Assembly: GCA_951804945.1 (NCBI GenBank)
Contig: OX638154.1
Location: 47,802,001 to 47,866,000, forward strand
Reading direction: 5' to 3'
Origin: Podarcis cretensis
Lineage: Eukaryota
Length of the DNA stretch: 64,000 bases
Shown here: positions 54,973 to 64,000 of the stretch, one piece after another
How positions within the stretch are numbered: position 1 is the stretch's first letter
Layout: each line of letters begins with the position of its first letter
The notes under the pieces: generated by a model
Told to the model about the DNA's origin: nothing
Databases searched by the model: none
What the model saw: the letters and a program-made list of their open reading frames with translations, nothing else
Translations under genes and position numbers: made by a program

Positions 54973-55249
54973 GAAGAAGAAGAAGAAGAAGAAGAAGAAG
55001 AAGAAGAAGAAGGGGAATTTTGATTTGATATCCCACTTTATCACTACCCGAAGGAGTCTCAAAGTGACTAACATTCTCCTTTCCCTTCCTCCCCAACAAC
55101 AAATACTCTGTGACGTGAGTGGGGCTGAGAGACTTCAAAGAAGTATGACTAGCCCAAGGTCACCTAGCAGCTGCATGTGGAGGAGCAGAGACGCGAACCC
55201 AGTTCACCAGATTACGAATCTACTGCTCTTAACCACTACACCACACTGG
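54973..55249 (-). mobile_element. tRNA-derived CORE-type (Squam3-like) SINE with (AAG)n tail
   Basis: Reverse head CCAGTGTGGTGTAGTGGTTAAGAGC, core GCCCAAGGTCAC, (AAG)n at 54973-55012. Confidence 0.75.
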
Positions 55250-56155
55250 AGGCGTACAAGGCACCATCCAACCGTCTTAAGAACTCTACTCTGGATATGT
55301 GTAGGGTTTACTCCTGAACCTTTTCTGCTCCCAAAGATGTCCTGCAAGGCGGTGGGGACAGATTTTCCCTCAGTCTTCCCTTTACCACATAGTTATTAAG
55401 TAGATGCAAGTCAGCAGTGGCTTAGTGGCAAGTTCTGAATTTGAAGGAAAGGCCACAGCCACTCCCGTGAAGGGAAATCCAAACATGAAGGCAGGTGTTT
55501 TGACTGCACGCAGGGCCAGCCCATGAGTTTTTGCTGCCTGATATGAAGGACAAGATGGCGCCCCCTCCCGTTTCAGAAAAGAAGCATTTGGTCCCCACTT
55601 GATTGCTTTCCTCATTCTCTTGAATTCCTTTATGTCACACAATCTATCACAAACACACCTGAAAACCTCATTATCATCTCATTCACTTTTGCCACAGCAA
55701 AAGCAAGTGAATGAGGCGGGCCTGGTCCTCTGCAAAATAATATCATAACCCCTGCCCTGGGAAGGACAAGTCCGGAAGCTGCACTTCCCAAACCTCCAAT
55801 TTCTGCTCCACTACACCACTATAAGTCACGGCAGCTTTGGAAAGCGCAGCCATTCCAGGGGTGGAATGTCCTGTTTAGCTGTGCCGCTCTGCTGCCAATA
55901 CCTCCTTTACCTAGGTTGTGCGGCAGCACCTGCAAGGTAGGAGCAGCAGCAGTGGTTTCGAGCAATGTTGTAAAATCTTGCCTGAAACCACTGCTGGTGC
56001 TGCTTCTCTGCCAGTGATGAAGGTGGTGGGGCAGGGGGGGCTCCCATGTGGGCGCCACCTCTTGAGCTTCCACCACCTGAGGCGGCTACTTCACCCCACC
56101 TCATGGGCCCTGAACCATCCTGATGTATTGTCTCTTCCATCTGTGGCTGTTAATA

Positions 56156-56370
56156 CAGTGGTACCTTGGGTTAAGAACTGAATTTGTTCTGGAGGTCCGT
56201 TCTTAACCTGAAATTGTTCTTTACCTGAGGTACCACTTTAGCTAATGGGGCCTCCTGCTGCTGCTGTGCGATTTCTGTTCTTATCCTGAAGCAAAGTTCT
56301 TAACCCGAGGTACTATTTCTGGGTTAGCGGAGTCTGTAACCTGAAGTGTCTGTAACCTGAGGTACCACTG
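56156..56370. mobile_element. Tc1/mariner MITE, same family as the 27106 copy in opposite orientation
   Basis: TA-CAGTGGTACCT...AGGTACCACTG-TA. Confidence 0.88.
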
Positions 56371-57188
56371 TACTTGCTTGCCTTGTTGAAGGGGATCCTG
56401 CCTATAAAGGCTGTGCAGGCTCTGAAATCACACATGACCAAGTGCCACATAGAATACAGTGGGCAACCAGATTTCACCTTGGACTGACAACAATTCTTAG
56501 TGTTGATGCTTCCCAGAGGCACCTCACTGATTGAAAAACAGGATGCTGGACTCAGTGGATCCAGCAGGACTCTTACTAAAAATTCATCCAAAGCTTCCCT
56601 CAGTCCCAATACATCCTGTTTGGTCTAAAAACTTGCAGCTTTGTTGGTTTTTTTATTTTAAAAATGACACAAAACTTTAGAAGAATCCAAGGGGCAAAAG
56701 GAACATGTTCAGACATATTTGACTGAATCCTCCTCTCCCAGTGAATCTTCTTTTCCTCTGGTGCAGAACCACCCTCCAGGACTGTCTTCTTGCTGAGCTG
56801 AGGATTACTCATCTTATACACAGTCACTGTAATGAAAAAAAAACAAAAAAAAAAAACAGGCATGGCAAGTGGGGTTCCAGGTTGACTGGTTTGCCAGCTG
56901 ATCTCCACCTTCATCACAGGAGGAGTGTCTGCATGAAAGATGAGCAATTAGTACCCAGAATTGGCCTTCATATTCAGGCAGGCATTTGACATTTGTTGCT
57001 ACTCACTTGTTTCCTTGGATTGTGGTTTATTGACTTCTCTGAATGGTTCACTTTGTGGTGTTGTTGCTTTTCTTGGACTTTGCATCCCACTTTGAGCTAA
57101 GCTGCCCTGATGGGGGAGGACAAGGCTTCTGCAGTTTTAATGGTTGTATAGAAGAGGGAATTTCAGCAGCTAAACTATGCCTCTTCTA

Positions 57189-57552
57189 AAAGGTAAAGGT
57201 AAAGGTACCCCTGCCCGTACGGGCCAGTCTTGACAGACTCTGGGGTTGTGTGCCCATCTCACTTAAGAGGCCAGGGGCCAGCGCTGTCCGGAGACACTTC
57301 CGGGTCACGTGGCCAGTGTGACATCGCTGCTCTGGCGAGCCAGAGCCGCACACGGAAACGCCGTTTACCTTCCCGCTGGTAAGCGGTCCCTATTTATCTA
57401 CTTGCACCCGGAGGTGCTTTCGAACTGCTAGGTTGGCAGGCGCTGGGACCGAGCAGCGGGAGTGCACCCCGCCGCAGGGATTCGAACCGCCGACCTTTCG
57501 ATCGGCAAGCCCTAGGCGCTGAGGCTTTAACCCACAGCGCCACCTGCGTCCC
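57189..57552 (-). mobile_element. Full-length young Sauria SINE
   Basis: 12-bp TSD ATGCCTCTTCTA; near-identical to the 26077 copy. Confidence 0.95.
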
Positions 57553-59184
57553 ATGCCTCTTCTACACAACAGTTAAAGCTGCAGAGGCCTTCTTTCCCAT
57601 CGTCATATGGCCACCCTACTCTGAGCGTGCATTTGGATGGAAAGATAGACAGTAAACCTAACACACAGTTGAGGAAAAAAATCAGTTGTTTAAGTCAGGT
57701 ATCAGTTACTTGGTTCTTTCACTGATAGCGTTCAGAGTGAGCACAGTATTGACAATGGCACAGTCTGGTCATTTTAAACAACAACTCAAAGTGTAATGAA
57801 ATGAAAACAAGACACAGAGCCAAAATCAGTTTTGGCTCAGTTGCTTCCATTCAGGTATGCATTGTATTATCGTATATTGTAGACACATTTTGTGACATAT
57901 ATACTTACAGTGCTAAAAGCATAATGTGACATCATCTTGAAGAGAGCTTAGGAACTTAAGTCCCTTGCTTTTAGCCTCAGCAGAATTGCGTCAGCAAGTA
58001 GGGCTACACTGCCATAACAAATGCGCTGGTGTAACCCTGTAGTATGCCAGCATGAAGTCCTTCATCTTTAAGATCTCCAAGGCTCCTGGCATTAGCTGAA
58101 ACCAAAGCATAGGATTGAACTGAAACTAAAGCCTAAGACTGAGCTGTCAGTGTGGTCCTGAAAGTTCACAAGCCAGAGATCTCTCTAGGCCAGGGAGAGC
58201 AAATCCATGACCCTCCCAGATGTTGTTGAACTCCAACTCCCATCAGCCCCAGCCAGCATGGCCAATAGACAGATAATGGCAGCTAGACAGATAATGGCAG
58301 TCTGGCAACCTGGAGGCTACAGTTTCCCTCTCCCTGCTCTATGCATGAGGCAAGCCAAGCCTTTTTAACAACCTGGTCAAGGGTGGAGAGCTGTTGTGTA
58401 AGGTCTACTTCCGATTGCTAAAAAAGATTTGCAAAGTATCTGGCAGAATGAATCCACAAAGCCTTTTTCTGCCTCTGTCTCTTTGAGGTTGCTATGTTCC
58501 CTCTGAGATGTTGGAATGTCCGTTTAATCTAACCTTGCATAAGGGCTTGACTGCAGATCTCCACATCCGATCTGTTCTTGCAGAAGGCTGCCTTTTAAAT
58601 CCCATGCTAATCTCTCCAGTGAGTAAATTTACACAAGCCCAATCAAACAAATAATCTGAAGTCGAGAAGAACCAAACTTTATGGACTGAAACTAGATGGA
58701 CTGTCGTCACACAAATGCTGTTACTGGCTTCTGTGGTGGCCAGGACTGAAATATGACATTTAGGATTTTTATTTTCTTTTCCTCCTTACTAATATTGGGA
58801 GTTTAATGTTTGGTTATCTAAGGCAGGGGACCAGCTGAGACATTTTACTGCCTATGGTAGAGTAGCAAATGTCCTCCCTTGCCAAATTAAGGGGCAAAGT
58901 CATAGTACTGTTAAACTTATTTTGACACCTGCAAGGCATAATCCCACAACTACTTACCCCACCCTGCCCACAAACCCTCCAAGTGTCTCTATTTTCCAGG
59001 GACGTCCTTGATTTAGAGAAGCCATCCCAGTTTCTGATTTGATACTGGAATGTCCCGCTTTTCCTTAGGATGTCCCTATTGGAGAAATGTTGGAGGGGAT
59101 GGAGTTATCCAATCCCTGAGCCGTCTGAAGGCAGTCCTGTATAGGGAAGGTTTTATTTTTATTTAAAAAAAGTTTAATGACCCC

Positions 59185-59370
59185 GTGACGGAAACCAGAG
59201 CGCAAGGAAACGCCGTTTACCTTTCCGCTGCAGCAGTACCGTAACTATTTATCTACTTGCACTGGCGTGCTTTCGAACTGCTATGTTGGCAGGAGCTGGG
59301 ACAGAACAATGGGTGTTCACCCCATCCTGGGGATTTGAACCGCTGACCCAAGAGGCTCAGAGGTTTATGC
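59185..59370 (-). mobile_element. Partial old Sauria SINE
   Basis: GGAAACGCCGTTTACCT and TATTTATCTACTTGCAC motifs. Confidence 0.75.
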
Positions 59371-60284
59371 AATGCTATCCTAGGACTTCCCCATCTTGTG
59401 GAAATGGATATAAACACACTCTTTTGCATTGTCATCACAGTAGATTATTTGTATGCCATTTTTCCATGGCAACATTGCTCAAAGCAGTTTACAACTTCCA
59501 AAATTTCAATCTTATAATTCACCAATTACAACAGAGTTTAAATAGTCATAGAACAGCAGGCAAATGGAAACACTGCATATTAATAGCCAATAAAATTAAC
59601 CAATCACCAGATAATTCATAACAGTGCAACAAAAAAAATACAAAAATGCTCACAGCGAGACCTTTATGACTGGGACATGGCAAACAGGGTCTAAAAACAT
59701 GGAAGTGAACTGTTTGAATAGTATAAAAGGCTCCCAAACTACCAGACACTTAGTTATGCAGCTGCTTGTGACCTGGCAGAGCTACAAACAATCCATGCTG
59801 CCCACATGTGAAAGCGAAGACAAAAAGAAGGCCTTGGTGCTGCCCTAAATAGGCAAAGAACTCCAGGATGAGGAAAGGATAACTTCTCAACACCTTATAA
59901 CAATAAACCCATCCTGCAATTTGTAGTGACTTTTTTTGCTGTCTAGTAGATAGGCTTAGCATGCCTCTTACATGTAACAATGCCTCTTTTGTATTCAGAT
60001 TAAATTCTCAGCAGGGAGGAGAAAGTGACTGGGAATACACAAGTGTCTCTCCCCCCAAAAAACCCCAGCTCATTTATAGCCCAACAAGTAATTGACTAGG
60101 AAATGGCCCTGGGCTCTAAGCTAGAGGAAATATGCCTTGATTCCTTATCTGTGACCAACAGGCCTTTTCTACCTCTGAATGTACATTTTAAGATTGCTTT
60201 AACAGGGACAAGTAGACAATACACACAGCAGACAAGGGCTTCTTTTCACCACAGGGCGATATATCTGCTTTCAAATGCTGAACC

Positions 60285-60560
60285 TCCAGAGGTGTTTAAG
60301 ATTGTTCAAGGTGTGGAGAAAATGGGTAGAGAGGAGTTTTCCTCCCTCTCCCATAACAAAAGAGCTTGCAGACATTCAAGGAAGCTGAATGCTGGAAGAT
60401 TCCAGGACAGACAAAAAAAAGGACTTAGTCACACAGCCCATAATTAAAGGATGGAATTTGCTCCCACAAGATGTAGTGAGGGCCACCAATCTGGACAGCA
60501 TTAAAGAAGGATTAGACAAATTGATTGAAGATAATAAATCTATCCATGGCCCACAAGCCA
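60285..60560 (+). mobile_element. CR1 LINE 3' fragment
   Basis: EVFKIVQGVEK...WNLLPQDVVRATNLDSIKEGLDKLIED, the CR1 ORF2 C-terminal signature. Confidence 0.8.
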
Positions 60561-62766
60561 CTAATGCTACATTCTGCCTCCAGTGTTGGAGGCAATATGC
60601 CTCTAGACATTGGTTGCCAGCCCTACCATCAGGTGGCACAAGGCAACTGCCTCAGGCAGCAGACACTGGAGGGCAGTCATTCCTCTTGGTTGGAGATTCA
60701 ATAGCTAGGCTAGTTGGCATCTATATGTGGAATGGGGGGGGGGACGGGGACACACACGACATCTTGTCCTTTGGCCGGCCTTATTTGAGTGACTGTCAGG
60801 CATAACTCTGTTGCTGGATAGAAAGAGGTATCTGGCTGGTCCCACTGTGAGAGCTTCTCCTTTCTTGAATTATTTGCCTGCCTTCAAATGCCTTGTGTTA
60901 CCATACATGCACACATAATTTTATTTGTATGCTATGCCAAGGCAGATTACAACCTGAAAAACCAAGCATAACATAACAGCAACATAACAAAGGAGTCACA
61001 AACAATAAATAAAACATTTAAAAGTACTGAACTATTTCCACAATATTTAATATATTTAAATATTTAAAATAAAGAAACAATATTTAATATTTAAAATAAT
61101 ATTTAAAATAAAGAAACAAAGGGGAAGAAAAATTAAAAATAGCAACAACAAAAGACCCCAGCCAAAAAGTCTTCAGCAACCTCAGCTTCTGCAGCTGGAG
61201 TCAGGGTCCTGTCCTTCAAGGCAGGGTGGAAAAAGGCTTGCAGGGCAGGGAGCAGGTCTCCACAGACAAGAGGAGTGGGGGCCTGCCTCTCACTTTAAGA
61301 ACCACAGCTCTAGAGATAAAGTCACCATGGAGCAGCTGGGAGTAAGAGGATATGTGAGCAGTGGGTAGATCTGGCTCAGATGGCCTAGTTTTTCAAAGCA
61401 GCACACCTCCCACATTCTAGTACACAATGTGTCCTAGGCATGTGATAATATTATTTTCTTAAAAATAAAAACAGGACAGCACCTGCTATTGTTCTGCACG
61501 TAAGAGTTTTGACTTTGTTGGTAGCATTCAAATGGTGTGAAATAATAATAATAATACCAACAATATCCCTTGTTGCTAGTTTGTAGTAGCAAGAGTTTCT
61601 GGCATGAAATTAACACTTTCCCATGCCCTCTACTCTATTTTAAAGCGTAATTTCTCTGCTCTGTTTAGCAGAGTGAGAGGGCACTGACTGGGCACAATAA
61701 GGGAACTCTATTCCACAGGGCCCTGTGCCAAGGGGAGGTCCTACGGCAGCAGCACCAAAAAGGAGCCAGTCACGGAGTGGGGTTTGAGCAGTTATTAAAT
61801 GCAAAGGATGCAGAGATTTAATTGGTCTTAAAGCCTCTTTCTTTGTACCCGTGCAATCTATGCATGTTACAATGCTGGGTTTGGAATTTTAACTTGCCCA
61901 TTAAAAACTGACTGAGTCAAATCAAAAACTTAAATGCAAGGGAGAAATAATAGGGACACTTCACAGGCATGAAATGTTCTAAGGAGAATAGTTCCTGCTA
62001 GATTTTATTCCACAGCATGTAGTATCTATAGGCGGGGTTCAATCTCGCACTATGACGAACGTTTTGTCTGCATGAGCATTTCAACTTGCCAGATGGAAAA
62101 TCCCCCTCCCCTTCCCTCCACCCCCACATCCCACCCGCCACATCCTGTTCTCGGGATTCACCTAACACGTCCATCCCCATTCGTGGGGAGGGGGGTTAGA
62201 CATGAAGGGGGAAGAAAGGGGGGAAAGCATTGCTGTCCAAGTGGAAGTGCTTGCCCAGGACTTCCACTGATGGGTCTTGTTAGCTGCATCCTGCCGTAAT
62301 TGTTATAAGATGGTAATAGCCAACTTCAATCTGACCACAAGTCTCTCTTCATCTACACAGCCTGGACGTTAACAGAATTAGCACCTGGCCAAACCCTTGT
62401 GCCTCAAGAAAAGCTGCACAGCAGGCAGAAATGCCACATCTTAATGGAATTGCAATGATAGAGGATACTGCATCTGTTGGATTTCTACCTGTCACCCAGC
62501 TGTTAAACACACAGGGGCTGTGCCGCCAACAAATGTGAGAATGGCAGTAGCCATCCCATCCACCCACAAATAAGCACACACAGGCTCAGGTATGGTAAAT
62601 CGAACCCTTAATGTGCAGCCCTAATTTCAGCTGATGAGCACAAAGGTGCCACAATCAATGCAACTCCAGTCTAGCATCTTATCTGGATGCTGTGATCTAC
62701 TTTTCAAACAAGGACTGTTACTAACTCAGAAGAAGGCCACTTCACCAGGATGCAGCCTCCTTAGTA

Positions 62767-62786
62767 TAACATGCCCAAACATGTTC
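62767..62786. promoter_or_regulatory. p53 response element
   Basis: TAACATGCCC AAACATGTTC: 19/20 match to RRRCWWGYYY x2, no spacer, both CATG cores intact. Confidence 0.65.
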
Positions 62787-63982
62787 CTTGTTAGAGCACT
62801 TCGCTCTGAAAGCTGCTTATCCAGGCACTTTTACTATGAAGGCTCACTTTTTATCCCTGGAAGCCAATTTTCAAAATCTGGCTACCAGCTGATTTAATTG
62901 ATTTTCCTTGTATTCTGAAATAGAAGATAATGGGGTTCTTTAGCCATGAACCAATGTTGCATTAGATATGGAAAAAGCAGTCTAGATAATGGTTCTGCTG
63001 CTTACCTCATCCCAATCCACAGTGGAGAATAGAGTCCTACGCAGTTAGAAATTCTGCCCCCACTCCAATGCTGTCTTTAAAAAAATAATAACCCAGAGGC
63101 TGCTAGACAAAAAGTATTTAGTGTGACCTTGTGCCATACTTTGCAGAAGGCTGTCTTCTGTTTGAGGGCATCCTCTGTTTGAAGGGCTGCCTGACCAAGT
63201 CTATTTTAAAGCTAAAGAGCAGTTAATAAGGGTCAGCAACGATGATGTTTGTTAGCAGCTGGACAGCAGACTGAGCAGTCACACAGGTCAACACTATGGT
63301 GAGATGCATTTCTATTTAAATTACAGTAATTATTTCTAAAATTGCATCTCTTCATAGAAATTAGCATATACACTTTATGCAAACCTCTGTCCCCCCAACC
63401 CCTGTTTTTTTCTTTTTTGGCCACTCTGGAAATGATACAATTAACCGTGACTGGGTTTTCTCAGTGAGGTGAGGGCCTAGCTGCACGGCATGCAGATTTT
63501 CAATAAGTGTCTTTTCTACCAGTGCATAGTAGCAGCGAGGAAAGCTCTGCCTGGTAGATTTCAGCCTGTTACACAGCTTATAAAGGTGCAGAAGCCCAGC
63601 TCCAAAAGGTGGCAACCTACTAAGTAGACAGCTAAGACTTTTGAAGCAGGTGGCTAACAATGTTGCCTAGCAATGCCCTGCCATGTTAAATATTGATATA
63701 TGGAGGGGGGGGGCAGATGCATGGTTCCCTTTGTTAAAGGTCCTGATTTGGCTCCAGACAGGTTGGTAGCAACCTTAGAGTTGTAGCTCAACAGCCCTGA
63801 AGTGGAGCATCTTCACATGTCACTGAAAGTTCATATGACCAAGGTGTAATTTGTGAATGATTATCTCAATACTTTATTATGAAGTTAAAAGAACAGTCCA
63901 GTAAGAATAATGAAATGAAATAAACAAAAAGAAGAGAACAAAACAGTACCTTACAAAAAGAATCAAGGCCTTGTATCAAATA

Positions 63983-64000
63983 CAGTGGTACCTCGAGTTA
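63983..64000. mobile_element. Start of another mariner MITE, cut by the window edge
   Basis: TA-CAGTGGTACCTCG. Confidence 0.7.

Noticed and set aside
54884-55399. 171-aa ORF with poly-Lys
   Set aside because: Derived from the (AAG)n microsatellite plus a SINE.
44000-64000. CDKN1A coding exon
   Set aside because: No CDI-domain motif (such as CRxLFGPVD) in any listed ORF; the gene must lie beyond the window if synteny holds.

Overview
Vertebrate genomic DNA, almost certainly a squamate and probably a lacertid lizard, judging by young Sauria SINEs, tRNA-Lys/CR1-tail SINEs, a BovB-like tail and hAT/mariner MITEs. Three spliced genes can be read from the sequence. (1) STK38/NDR1 on the minus strand: 13 coding exons, 1398 nt, 465 aa, with a CpG-island promoter at about 20.3-21.3 kb. 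(2) SRSF3 on the plus strand: 5 coding exons, 495 nt, 164 aa, with a TATA/YY1 CpG-island promoter. A 548-nt run of N sits exactly where its ultraconserved poison exon should be. (3) A small minus-strand gene between them that the ORF track does not assemble: an intact 159-aa parathyroid-hormone-family prepro-hormone (signal peptide, KR, then GVAEFQFLHNKGNLREELNRLIWLHQVMGGVHTA). It is most likely PTH4/PTH-L, the paralogue lost in eutherian mammals, and it has a candidate TATA box, non-coding exon 1 and polyA signal. I found no recognisable CDS in the last ~20 kb, but it carries p53 response elements consistent with the upstream regulatory region of CDKN1A, which synteny would place beyond the window. 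Comparisons with other species are from memory and were not computed.
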